This document shows positions 38,495 to 47,791 of a stretch of DNA of 64,000 nt, in pieces. Origin of the DNA: an uncultured bacterium (GTDB lineage: Bacteria > Patescibacteriota > JABMPQ01 > CAVVCK01); the NCBI GenBank assembly GCA_963746775.1, contig CAVVCK010000002.1:139571-203570 (forward strand). Reading direction: 5' to 3'. Under the pieces are notes generated by a model. It was not told where the DNA came from and searched no databases. It saw only the letters and a list, made by a program, of their open reading frames with translations. Within the stretch, counting starts at the first letter, position 1; each line of letters opens with the position of its first letter. The position numbers and the translations under genes were made by a program.

Positions 38495-39553
38495 CTAATA
38501 AATAGTTAACATAAAGCTAGAGGTACTGTAAGTATCAGCTCCTTCAGAATCATGAAATAATGATACCCATATCTGTTTGCTATTGCCAAAAGGGTCCATA
38601 TAAGCTGTTGCTTCTGTAGAAAGATCATCGCCAGTTATAGGATTAGGAGCAGGAGTAACCTGCCAAAATCTATTATTAATATTAAAATTAAAAGTTACCT
38701 TATAATAAATAATCCCTTCTCCAGCAACGGTACGATTACAGGTTATAGTAGATCCATTATAAGTCCACTGCCTACCATTACTAGAAGTACAATCACCATC
38801 GGCAGGAACATAAATCATAGCCTTGACTGCACCATGGTCTTCTAAATCCTGTGTAATATCACCTGTAGCTGTAATAGTGTCAACATTTAAATCAGCAGAA
38901 GAAGAAATATCACTGCCAGTAATTGTTCCGTTAATAATCTTAGCTGAAGTTATAGCATCATCAGCTAAATTAGTTGTGGCTATAGTTCCATTAGCAATCT
39001 TAGCTGAAGTTATAGCATCATCAGCTAAATTAGTTGTGGCTATAGTTCCATTAGCAATCTTAGCTGAAGTTATAGCATTATCAGCTAAATCAGCTGTGGC
39101 TATAGTAGCATTTAAAATATTATCAGAATCAACTATGCCAGTTCCTACTAAACCTCCTACGGTTAAATCACCAGTTATCTCCATATCATCATTAACAATA
39201 AGTTCTCGATCATCATTTAATCCTGGTCCGGCATTTTCTCCTCTCCAAATACGTCCATCTATTCTGACATCATCGCCAAAGGTAACAGGTTGTTCTGCCC
39301 CTGTATCTACATTAGTAGTCTCATTAATAATTGTACCATTGAAAAATGTTACACCGCCAGAACCCTGACTACCAATACGCACAGAATAAGCTCTAGCTGT
39401 TCCCAGTACTTGCAACTCATCCTTAATAATTTGAACTGAAGCTGGTTGAAGTGTTTCTGCTGTAGATGCAGAAACAGCTTCTACAAAAGCAAACACACCA
39501 AAAATCGCAATCAAAACTCCCAGTTTCCCTATAAAGGGTTTATAAATTTTCAT
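38495..39553 (-). CDS. secreted protein, paralog family A, with 20-aa tandem repeats (IATTNLADDAITSAKIANGT)x3
   Basis: 352 aa with a signal peptide. The N-terminal module reads SASTAETLQPAS...GGVTFFNGTIINETT...PVTFGDDVRIDG. The repeats are encoded by perfect 60-bp DNA repeats. Confidence 0.5.
   Translation of the reverse strand: MKIYKPFIGKLGVLIAIFGVFAFVEAVSASTAETLQPASVQIIKDELQVLGTARAYSVRIGSQGSGGVTFFNGTIINETTNVDTGAEQPVTFGDDVRIDGRIWRGENAGPGLNDDRELIVNDDMEITGDLTVGGLVGTGIVDSDNILNATIATADLADNAITSAKIANGTIATTNLADDAITSAKIANGTIATTNLADDAITSAKIINGTITGSDISSSADLNVDTITATGDITQDLEDHGAVKAMIYVPADGDCTSSNGRQWTYNGSTITCNRTVAGEGIIYYKVTFNFNINNRFWQVTPAPNPITGDDLSTEATAYMDPFGNSKQIWVSLFHDSEGADTYSTSSFMLTIY
38921..39120. 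repeat. 60-bp tandem repeat, two perfect copies (38941-39000, 39001-39060) plus diverged flanking copies, in-frame within CDS
   Basis: tagctgaagttatagcatcatcagctaaattagttgtggctatagttccattagcaatct is repeated exactly. Confidence 0.85.
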
Positions 39554-39656
39554 TTTGTTTTTGTCTCCTTATTAGTCCGCCAAAGCTTTAACAAAAGCGG
39601 ATTTATTTATTAAATTAATAACTATTTTACTTAACCATTATAGCAGATTGGAAAAA

Positions 39657-40409
39657 TTACTTATCCACAACTAGGCTTTTAACTTTTTTAATATTAATAT
39701 AAAGCCAATAAACATAAATAACAAAAAATATACCGGACAAAAAATTAATAACCATATTGGCTAAAGGAATAAAACTAGAAAACACTATAATAACTGTGAA
39801 TGCAAAAAACACCAATATATGTTTCCATAATAGATCTAAAAAATTATCTTTCACTAGAATAAAACTCTCTTTAATACACTCGGTAATTTTCTTATTTTCT
39901 AAAATTAATAAATAAGGTGCAAACATCATGCAAAAACCTATAATAATCCCCGGAATAATTAAAAATATAAAACCAACCATAGTGAGCAAGAAAGATAAAA
40001 AATATACCCCCCATATCTTCCATTTTAAATTCCAGACAAAATAAAAATATTCTTTTATAGTTCTCTTTTGATCCTTTGCTGCATCGTCAGTTGCTTTTAT
40101 TAAAGCTGCCTGACCCAAAAGAGGCAAAAAGGTAATAGTAATTATATAAAATAATATTAATAATGCTATTACTAAAACTAGTAAAATATTAAATACTATA
40201 TTATTGCCAAAAGGGGCTGCTTCTATAAAAAAAAGTGCCCCCATTCCAAAAGCAAATCCTAAAGCTAAAAATAATATAACTATTCCAAAAGTTACACCCA
40301 TTATAATGCCCATTATAATTAAAAATGTTTCAATTTTTTTAGAAAAGGTGTCCAGGGTTTTACTTAATAAATCCTGAATTGTAATAAATCTGCTTTCATT
40401 GCTTGCCAT
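39657..40409 (-). CDS. hypothetical multi-pass integral membrane protein
   Basis: 250 aa with at least 6 hydrophobic helices. No motif recognised. Confidence 0.45.
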   Translation of the reverse strand: MASNESRFITIQDLLSKTLDTFSKKIETFLIIMGIIMGVTFGIVILFLALGFAFGMGALFFIEAAPFGNNIVFNILLVLVIALLILFYIITITFLPLLGQAALIKATDDAAKDQKRTIKEYFYFVWNLKWKIWGVYFLSFLLTMVGFIFLIIPGIIIGFCMMFAPYLLILENKKITECIKESFILVKDNFLDLLWKHILVFFAFTVIIVFSSFIPLANMVINFLSGIFFVIYVYWLYINIKKVKSLVVDK

Positions 40410-40452
40410 TTTAATTAACTTAAATTTAATTAATCATATCCAAATAATATTC

Positions 40453-41175
40453 TTATTTGTTTAAATAATCAATCGGGTTATACCACTTATCTAGCTCCCC
40501 CTTACTCTGCACATACCCTCTTAAATCCAGACTGCTCCCTTTTAATATAGCAAAATGTAAATGCTTTCTTTCATTATCAGTCTCATTAGTAAATCCTCTA
40601 CCCAATATTCCTATCTTATCGCCCTTTTTAACTTCGCTATTTATATTGATTAAAGAATCTGGATTTAAATGTCCGTATAAAGAGATAATATTTTCATTAT
40701 TTATATTATGAGTTATAGCTAAAAACCCTCCGTAACCAGATACCCATCTAGATAAAATTACGTTTCCATCTGCTATAGAAAAAACCTCAACCTCATTTTC
40801 AACATCTTCATATTCTACATCGGATCCAGTATGATAGCCCTGAAACCTTTCTGGCTGCACTGGAGAATTTTGGGGGGTTATATAAATTCCAAAAGGTTTC
40901 TTGGTAATTCTTTTTTCAAATTCTGCTATTGGCTCTATAGGTTTATTATTATCTACTTTTTCAGCTTCTGTATTAATATTGTTTTCCGTTTCATTTATAT
41001 TTATTTTATTTTCATTATTATCAACATTATTAACATCTTGTTTCATTTCTTTATTTTCTGGTAATTGATTTTCATTATTTTGTTTTTCATTTCTAAATTT
41101 AAAATAAAAAAATATTGTTATAGCTATAGTTATAACAATTATAATTACAATTAAAAATAAGCTAACTTTTTTCAT
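40453..41175 (-). CDS. M23 family (LytM/lysostaphin-like) peptidoglycan endopeptidase
   Basis: 240 aa with an N-terminal TM anchor. The YHTGSD (HxxxD), LYGHL and ERKHLHFAI (HxH) motifs are present. Confidence 0.75.
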   Translation of the reverse strand: MKKVSLFLIVIIIVITIAITIFFYFKFRNEKQNNENQLPENKEMKQDVNNVDNNENKININETENNINTEAEKVDNNKPIEPIAEFEKRITKKPFGIYITPQNSPVQPERFQGYHTGSDVEYEDVENEVEVFSIADGNVILSRWVSGYGGFLAITHNINNENIISLYGHLNPDSLININSEVKKGDKIGILGRGFTNETDNERKHLHFAILKGSSLDLRGYVQSKGELDKWYNPIDYLNK

Positions 41176-41396
41176 TTAACGTTGTTTATTTTTTATATTT
41201 TATTTGTGTTTTATATATAAAATTATAAAAATTAGAGATAGAAGCAGGGTCTCCTGTACTTCAAGAAAGGTATAAAGAACATTTAGATGTATAGCTTTAT
41301 TAGGTTGGATTTTTTGCTCAAAGATTCATCTGCTATTCAACGAAGACGTCAAAGAAGAAAATATTGTCCTCACAGTATAATATCTTTGGTTAGACT

Positions 41397-41591
41397 CTAT
41401 AATGTCTCGACATCCTTATTTTCTTTTAGCCTGCGTAAAAGTTCTTTCTTTATCTGATTACACCTCTTTTTTTCTTCCTCATAACCACCAGGCTTCGGAT
41501 TCAAGTGCCCCCGGGCAAGAGTGCTCGATAGGCTTTCGAATTCATCGAGCAACTCTTCGCAAGACAATTTTTCTAGCGTCTCTCCACTCAT
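41397..41591 (-). CDS. hypothetical small protein (64 aa), uncertain
   Basis: ORFs of equal length exist on both strands here. The minus-strand product (charged, helical) looks more protein-like than the plus one. Confidence 0.25.
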   Translation of the reverse strand: MSGETLEKLSCEELLDEFESLSSTLARGHLNPKPGGYEEEKKRCNQIKKELLRRLKENKDVETL

Positions 41592-41670
41592 AATATCCTC
41601 TCTTTCTAACAGCCTAAAGCTATGGTTTATTTATATATAAAAGGAAGTCGCTTGTCAATTAAAGCTCTTT

Positions 41671-41994
41671 TTATTTATATCTTTTATCAATTTCTTTTAT
41701 CTTATGTTCTAGAGCCTTTTTAATATCAACATCCATTGATTTTGCTAGAAGCAAGGCAGTAATAATAACATCAGCAAATTCTTTGGGTAAATTATTTTTA
41801 GTATGCCCGTCTAATTTCTTTTTTCTCTGAAAAGAACAATGAGCTAAAATCTCATCGCATAATTCACTTACCTCTTCATTTAATTTAACTGTTCTAGCTA
41901 AAATCCTTTTTTCATGGTCAGGGTAATTACCATAATATTTTTTTAATCTTACGTCTTCAGTTTCTATAAATTTTAATAAGTCTTTAAATTCCAT
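41671..41994 (-). CDS. MazG-like all-alpha NTP pyrophosphohydrolase domain protein
   Basis: 107 aa. LNEEVSELCDEI is the EExxE/D metal-binding motif, followed by a second helix KEFADVIITALLLAK. Confidence 0.5.
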   Translation of the reverse strand: MEFKDLLKFIETEDVRLKKYYGNYPDHEKRILARTVKLNEEVSELCDEILAHCSFQRKKKLDGHTKNNLPKEFADVIITALLLAKSMDVDIKKALEHKIKEIDKRYK

Positions 41995-41999
41995 AAATT

Positions 42000-42305
42000 T
42001 TATTCATCTTTAGTTCTGGTGAGCTTATCATTAATTTTTTTATATTCTCTTTTCTTATTTTTCTCTACTTTATTTAAAATCTCTTTTTCTAAATTAATTC
42101 CTAAAATTTCCGAAAGCCCCAAAAGATAAATAGCTACATCAGCTATTTCTTCACCCAAGTCATCTTTTTTCTTTAAATAAGCTTGGTGCGCCTCTGCCAA
42201 TTCATCAAAAGTCAAAGCAAATTCTAAATTAATATCTTTTACGTTGAAACTTTTTTTAACTTTATTACTATAGACTTCTTTTTGTAATTTTTTTAAATCA
42301 ATCAT
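42000..42305 (-). CDS. second MazG-like NTP pyrophosphohydrolase domain protein
   Basis: 101 aa. FDELAEAHQAY...LGEEIADVAIYLLGL. Tandem with the preceding gene, with a 5-nt gap. Confidence 0.45.
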   Translation of the reverse strand: MIDLKKLQKEVYSNKVKKSFNVKDINLEFALTFDELAEAHQAYLKKKDDLGEEIADVAIYLLGLSEILGINLEKEILNKVEKNKKREYKKINDKLTRTKDE

Positions 42306-42410
42306 TGTTTTTTATTATTATTCTAAATATTAACAGATTATATTAATATTTAAAACAAAAAGAGGTAGAACAATGTTCTGCCTCTTTTTTTCTATAAATC
42401 TCTAATTATT

Positions 42411-43397
42411 CTATTTAAACATAGCCTTCACTAAATGTTCAGCCACGGGGAATGGTTTTCCTTTATACGGCACTTCATGTATATCAAAGCCTGGTGTTTC
42501 ATTTAACTCTATTATTCCAAATTTCTCATACTTTCCAATATCAGCTGCTATTAAATCAACAGCACAAAACCTTATTTGAAAAATCTTGGCTAATTTGATA
42601 GCTAATTTTTTATATTCAGGATTTACCTTACTATCACATTCGAAAGAACGACCGCCAGTACTAACATTGGCGTTTTTTCTTAAATAAACTACCTTGTCTT
42701 TTAAAATTACAGTATCTTCTGATAATCCTTGCGTATGCAAATTTCTTTCAAATTCGTAATCTCTAACAATAGGACACAAAGGCTGGTCTTTACTCACTCC
42801 TTCTTGACTATTATATTCATCTATCAATTCTCTTATTGTTTTTATACCATCACCAACAACATAAGCTGGCTTTCTCAACAGAGTAGTTAAAACTTTCCCA
42901 TCAAGAACTAAAATACGATAATCACCACCAGGTACATATTCTTCTATCAAAAATGAATTAGGCCTACCTTTCTTACGACGATTGCACTTATGTACTTCTC
43001 TAATTGCTTTAGCAAGAAATTCTTTATTATTTATATCAACAGCAACTGCTTGTCCTTGGCTACCATCTACTGGCTTCACTACTAAAGGAAATTTTAGTTC
43101 TCCATTATCAATCATATCTAGAGCTTTTTTTAAATTTTTTAATGCCCATCCCTTTGGAGTAGGAATATTATTTTTTTCTAAAATACATTTCGTTAAACAC
43201 TTATTATTTACAATATTTGAAGAAACAAGGCTGTTTAAGTCAGGAACGTGTACTTTTACAAAAAAACTTTTCCCTTTTTTATGGAAAATTCTTAAGCTTT
43301 TTTCTTTATGTATCAATTCTACTCTAACACCAAATTTTTTAGCTGCTTCAAGCAATGATCCAACACAATTAAATTTTGTACGCGGAATTTTTTTCAT
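42411..43397 (-). CDS. ATP-grasp domain ligase (RimK/cyanophycin-synthetase-like)
   Basis: 328 aa with ATP-grasp signatures: KFPLVVKPVDGSQGQAVAV, LIEEYVPGGDYRILVLDGKV, GIIELNETPG. Confidence 0.6.
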   Translation of the reverse strand: MKKIPRTKFNCVGSLLEAAKKFGVRVELIHKEKSLRIFHKKGKSFFVKVHVPDLNSLVSSNIVNNKCLTKCILEKNNIPTPKGWALKNLKKALDMIDNGELKFPLVVKPVDGSQGQAVAVDINNKEFLAKAIREVHKCNRRKKGRPNSFLIEEYVPGGDYRILVLDGKVLTTLLRKPAYVVGDGIKTIRELIDEYNSQEGVSKDQPLCPIVRDYEFERNLHTQGLSEDTVILKDKVVYLRKNANVSTGGRSFECDSKVNPEYKKLAIKLAKIFQIRFCAVDLIAADIGKYEKFGIIELNETPGFDIHEVPYKGKPFPVAEHLVKAMFK

Positions 43398-43818
43398 TTT
43401 TATTTAATCTTTCCATTAAAAAAGACACCTTTTCCAGCTGTCTTTTTTGATTTTAGAGAATTATTTATTCAATTATAATTATATATTACATTATATTTAT
43501 AATTTGTCAAATTTTTAAGTCATTTAGTACCTTTAAAATAGCTAAAAAAATACGCCCCTTAACCAAAATAAGGCTTAAAAAGCCTTATTTTAAAAATCAA
43601 ATATTTTACACGATTTATGGCGTATAATTGACCTTCCTAATCTCTGTAATCTCTTCATTCTTTAATTCCCCTTCAATTAAATCATAACCCATCAATCCAA
43701 AGATCCTTCCTGAATAAAATATTGGCCTAGAATTATCGTACCAATCAACCTACCTCTCATTATTTATTGTATTTTATCCTCCTACATTATACACTACTAG
43801 CATAAAAAATGAAAAAAT

Positions 43819-45057
43819 ATGCCTAAAAACATACCAGAATTACTCTCCCCAGCCGGCTCCCTGGAAAAAGCTAAATACGCCTTAGATTTCGGCGCAGACG
43901 CTATCTACTGCGGTACTAATATCTTTGCCCTCAGATCATATAAGGGTAATTTTGATATGAGCGAATTGGAGAAAATTATCAATTACGCTCATCAGCACAA
44001 AAAGAAAGTCTACATAACTTTAAATATCTTCGCTCACAATTATCATATAGATATCATAAAAAAAGCTTTAAAAAAATTAAAAGCAATAAAGCCTGATGCT
44101 TTTATAATATCCGATCCGGGAGTATTCAGCCTGGCCAAAAAATTAGCACCAAATATTCCCATCCATATCTCTACTCAAGCTAACACTTTGAATATTGAAA
44201 GCGTAAAATTCTGGAAAAGACAAAGAGCTGAGCGAGTAATACTTGCTCGAGAATGTAATCTAAAAGAAATAGAAGAGATTAATAAGAAAGTTAAAGAAAT
44301 CGAGTTGGAAACATTTATCCATGGTGCCCAGTGCATGGCCTATTCTGGAAGATGTATGCTTACTTCCGCCTTAGGAAATCAAGGCCGATCTAATATTGGT
44401 ACTTGTAAAAATGCTTGCCGCTGGCAATACAGAGAATTAGAAGAATTTATGCGGCCGGGCATTAAAGTCCCTGTTAAGGAAGATCTAAATGGCACTTATA
44501 TTTTCAATGCCAATGATATGTGTATGATTGAATATCTGCCGGATTTAATTAAGGCTGGTATTTCTTCTTTTAAAATTGAAGGAAGAGGCCGTAGTTTATT
44601 TTATGTAGCGCAGGTTACCAAGGCTTACAGAAAAGCTTTGGATCTAATCAAAAATAATTCGAAAAATTATAAAAAAGAAGCTCAAAAATTAAAAAAGCAA
44701 TTTGAATTATCTAATCAAAGAGAATTTGATGAAGGATTTTTCTTTAGTGCTCCCAGACAAACTACCACTCATGGCAAAATGGATCCGCCTCATATTTTCG
44801 CGGGAAAATTAATTAAAAAAATAGATGATTATACCGGTAGATTTTTAATTATAAATGAAATTTATCAAGGAGAAAAAGTAAATATATTAACTCCGCAAAA
44901 CGAGTATGAAATGAAAATTGATAAATTGACTTTAGCTTCTAATCAAAAAAAAGTTGAATCGGTTCATGGGGGGAATAAAGATGAAATAATCCTGAAACTG
45001 CCTAAAAAGGTTCAGCAAAAAACTATTATTTGGCTAGATAAAAGTAGGAGAGAATAA
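43819..45057 (+). CDS. peptidase U32 family protein (collagenase-like, YhbU/RlhA type)
   Basis: 412 aa. PELLSPAGSLEKAKYALDFGADAIYCG is the U32 N-terminal signature. There is a Cys cluster (CMAYSGRC...C.NAC.W) and a C-terminal beta domain. Confidence 0.8.
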   Translation: MPKNIPELLSPAGSLEKAKYALDFGADAIYCGTNIFALRSYKGNFDMSELEKIINYAHQHKKKVYITLNIFAHNYHIDIIKKALKKLKAIKPDAFIISDPGVFSLAKKLAPNIPIHISTQANTLNIESVKFWKRQRAERVILARECNLKEIEEINKKVKEIELETFIHGAQCMAYSGRCMLTSALGNQGRSNIGTCKNACRWQYRELEEFMRPGIKVPVKEDLNGTYIFNANDMCMIEYLPDLIKAGISSFKIEGRGRSLFYVAQVTKAYRKALDLIKNNSKNYKKEAQKLKKQFELSNQREFDEGFFFSAPRQTTTHGKMDPPHIFAGKLIKKIDDYTGRFLIINEIYQGEKVNILTPQNEYEMKIDKLTLASNQKKVESVHGGNKDEIILKLPKKVQQKTIIWLDKSRRE

Positions 45058-45103
45058 AAAGACCTGGTAATTCAGGCCTTTTTTTAAATTAAATTTAGTA
45101 TTT

Positions 45104-45388
45104 TTATTTACCAGCGATTTCCTCAGTTTCTTCTTTCCCTTTCTTTAATTCTTCTACTTGTTCACTATCCCGTTCCAATAACATGGCTTGAAATTCTCCA
45201 ACGTGTGTTTTTTCTTCTTTGGCTACCTCCATGAAAACTTTTTTTAAATTTTCATCGTCGGTAGTTGCAGCCATTTGTTCGTATAAATTAATAGCATCTA
45301 ATTCTGCCAATATGCCAGCGCGAAGTAATTCTAAGTCAGTCTGCTCTTTTGATAAATTACTTTCTTTAGTGGGAATTTTTGATAGCAT
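45104..45388 (-). CDS. small ferritin-like/rubrerythrin-like half-domain protein (EncFtn-like), tentative
   Basis: 94 aa, two helices carrying E...E and ExxH (AKEEKTHVGEF), as in half-ferritin diiron ligands. Confidence 0.35.
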   Translation of the reverse strand: MLSKIPTKESNLSKEQTDLELLRAGILAELDAINLYEQMAATTDDENLKKVFMEVAKEEKTHVGEFQAMLLERDSEQVEELKKGKEETEEIAGK

Positions 45389-45543
45389 GGTTTTTTATTT
45401 AATTTTTTATATTTTTAAATTTTTATTTATATCCAAAGCTCCCCTTGATAAATAAACTTAGAACACTAGATTGGGATAAGATTAAAAATGAATTAAGTAT
45501 TTTGCAACAGAATAATGCAATTCTAGCCAATAAATTACTACTC

Positions 45544-47346
45544 TCAAAATGTTACTCTAACTTTATTTAAAATTATATCAAAAGAAATGTTTTTGTCCAA
45601 AATTTCCCTTATTTCATTTACAGAAAAATTAGGCTTACGTTCAATATCTTCGTCAATCTTGCCCTTCAATGCTCTTGCTATTTTGCTTTCTTTCTCGTTT
45701 AATTTTCGAGAAATCCTATACACTATATCAATCGTTACCTTACTGCCAGGATAGTTAAATCTAGGATATTCAAAGGAAAATTCACTATTTTCACAATCAA
45801 TGAACCAATCACCATTTTTTTCTGTTAACTTAAAAAGTCTAGTCACACCCTTTTTAAGTTCTTCTAATTCTTTCTTAAAACTATCCTTTTCTCTATCCCG
45901 ATAAAGAAGAACAGCGATCCTACCAGTTTTAAAGTCTCCTATTGCTTTTTCTAGCGAAGTACTTTTTATCCTTACAAGATCGTCTAATGATATTTTTCTT
46001 ATCTTGCCATTTTCACTAAAATTATTTTTTACTTCCTCAAGTACTTTTTGTTCAATATCTTCTCTTGTTGTTTTCCCTCTGTCCCTAACTAATCTCAATT
46101 TTGATTTATCACCTTCTGTTCTGGCTTGCTTCTCTGTCTCGATTAAGTCATGAAACTCTTTTCTTTTTTTATTAATATATTTTGCACTCTTAAAATTTTG
46201 TAACTCAAGAACTACTTCCGATTTATCATCTAAAATAATTATCCTTCTTTCATTGTCTTTATCTAATAACCTAATAGAATTTATTGGATTACTCCTCCAA
46301 TCTCCTACCGATAGCCTTTGAAAAGAGATTGGAACTAAAAAATCGGCTAAAACTCTTTCCAATTTTTCTCCTTTTCTAATTTCTCTCCTTTTTAATCCTT
46401 CAAAAGGAACAATTTCTAACCCCTGGGGATTTTTTTCAGTAATAATGGTTTGTATGACATTAAATAATCCCCTTGGAGTTATTAACATCCCATCAAAACA
46501 AGCAATACCTCTTGTAACTTCTTCCTTCTTCCTCATTGAAGAAACTCCTATACCCATTTGATGTTCCTCCTCAATACCAGTTAAGCTAATATCCTTATAC
46601 TGCTCAAAAATTCGATCTATATTTTCCTTTTTTTGTCCATATACGCTAGCTCTGACCTTTCTTTTTTTGCCCAATAAGTTAAGAAATTCCAGCCATTGTT
46701 CATCATCAATTTCTTTTGAAGTTACATGAGGAGCATAACCAGCATATTTTTCAGCCAACTCATGAACATCCTCATATGTTTTATCATCAATATTATAATC
46801 AGATGGCTCTGAAGCCCAATATAATAATGGTCTAGTCTTGCCAATTTGTTTTCCATAGTCTTGGAACATTTTTGCTAATTGGGCATAAGGGATATAATCT
46901 CTCACCCCTGGAACGGCATCAAGACCACAAAAAGGACATCCTTTCGAACATCCATGGGTTAGTTGAATTGCACCTACGTTAGATAGAATTATCTCTAATT
47001 CTTCATTAGAAAACTTTTTATCTAGTTCTAGTGGCATGCTTTCTTTATCACCAGGATACATCTCTTTCTTCCTTGAAATAAGTCCTTCAAACAAATCCCG
47101 TTGTTGTTTTTTTAGCCACTTTTCCCAATAGCTAAGTTGTGCAACAAGAATTTCATCATCTATCGCTCTTTCAAGAAAAGGCTGCAATTGGTCATTTTCT
47201 TCTAAATCAATAAAGTATTCTCTTAATTGTTTTGGTGTCATATCAATAATTTCTTGTCTATCTTTTGTTTCCGACTTAACTTCCTTCTCCTCAACTTGAG
47301 GATGTTCTTTCCCACCATTAATTGACTTTTCTAGTTCCCCTCTCAT
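45544..47346 (-). CDS. radical SAM-like protein of unknown function
   Basis: 600 aa. IQLTHGCSKGCPFCGL is a CxxxCxxC motif in a GCxxxCxFC context. WASEPSDY is a possible GGEP-equivalent. There is no SPASM-like C-terminal Cys cluster. The C-terminal 300 aa are charged. Confidence 0.45.
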   Translation of the reverse strand: MRGELEKSINGGKEHPQVEEKEVKSETKDRQEIIDMTPKQLREYFIDLEENDQLQPFLERAIDDEILVAQLSYWEKWLKKQQRDLFEGLISRKKEMYPGDKESMPLELDKKFSNEELEIILSNVGAIQLTHGCSKGCPFCGLDAVPGVRDYIPYAQLAKMFQDYGKQIGKTRPLLYWASEPSDYNIDDKTYEDVHELAEKYAGYAPHVTSKEIDDEQWLEFLNLLGKKRKVRASVYGQKKENIDRIFEQYKDISLTGIEEEHQMGIGVSSMRKKEEVTRGIACFDGMLITPRGLFNVIQTIITEKNPQGLEIVPFEGLKRREIRKGEKLERVLADFLVPISFQRLSVGDWRSNPINSIRLLDKDNERRIIILDDKSEVVLELQNFKSAKYINKKRKEFHDLIETEKQARTEGDKSKLRLVRDRGKTTREDIEQKVLEEVKNNFSENGKIRKISLDDLVRIKSTSLEKAIGDFKTGRIAVLLYRDREKDSFKKELEELKKGVTRLFKLTEKNGDWFIDCENSEFSFEYPRFNYPGSKVTIDIVYRISRKLNEKESKIARALKGKIDEDIERKPNFSVNEIREILDKNISFDIILNKVRVTF

Positions 47347-47498
47347 TTTTTTATGTTTTTTAATTGTTTTCGATATTTTTTAACATTTTGTAATTGTTTT
47401 TCATAAACATTAAGGCTCCCTAGTTGTTTTTCTAGATTAATAATATCTTTGACAATATTACGAATATTCTTAATTTTTTTCTTATTTTTATCAGACAT
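47343..47498 (-). CDS. 51-aa Lys-rich small ORF translationally coupled (ATGA overlap) to the radical SAM-like gene; hypothetical
   Basis: MSDKNKKKIKNIRNIVKDIINLEKQLGSLNVYEKQLQNVKKYRKQLKNIKK*. Its TGA stop overlaps the ATG at 47346. Not in the supplied track (<60 aa). Confidence 0.3.
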   Translation of the reverse strand: MSDKNKKKIKNIRNIVKDIINLEKQLGSLNVYEKQLQNVKKYRKQLKNIKK

Positions 47499-47620
47499 AA
47501 ATTTAAAAATCTAAATGATTATTGTATTTTAGCAAAAAATTATAGTTATGACTATTTTATCTTTATTCTAGTAAATATCAATTAAAAAATCTATGAGATT
47601 CTAAGCTATCCAAAGGGTAT

Positions 47621-47652
47621 AAAAAAATCATCCTTGTTTAAGGATGATTTTT
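47621..47652 (-). terminator. intrinsic terminator after tRNA-Asn (minus strand: aaaaatcatcctt-aaac-aaggatgattttt + U-run)
   Basis: 11-13-bp perfect stem with a 4-nt loop. The U tract is contiguous on the minus strand. Confidence 0.6.
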
Positions 47653-47655
47653 CAT

Positions 47656-47727
47656 CTCCGAGGGTGGGATTCGAACCCACGACCAATTGGTTAACAGCCA
47701 ACTGCGCTACCACTGCGCTACCTCGGA
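47656..47727 (-). tRNA. tRNA-Asn (anticodon GUU)
   Basis: Minus strand: TCCGAGG-TA-GCGC-AGTGGTA-GCGC-A-GTTGG-CTGTTAA-CCAAT-TGGTC-GTGGG-TTCGAAT-CCCAC-CCTCGGA-G. The acceptor stem is 7 bp, the T-loop is canonical, and the anticodon loop CU-GUU-AA is as expected. CCA is not encoded. Confidence 0.85.
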
Positions 47728-47791
47728 ACATTGAATATAAATTGTAAAAATGAACTAATTCTAAATTTTACATTATAAATTATAAATTCTT

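Noticed and set aside
38823-39368. 181-aa plus-strand ORF with internal repeats
   Set aside because: Antisense to the tandem-repeat region of the secreted protein gene. The repeats create the open frame.
43617-43790. Minus-strand 45-codon open frame ending ...GYDLIEGELKNEEITEIRKVNYTP, possibly a gene remnant
   Set aside because: There is no start codon before the internal Met, it is bounded by an in-frame TAG, and its length is within chance expectation for AT-rich DNA.
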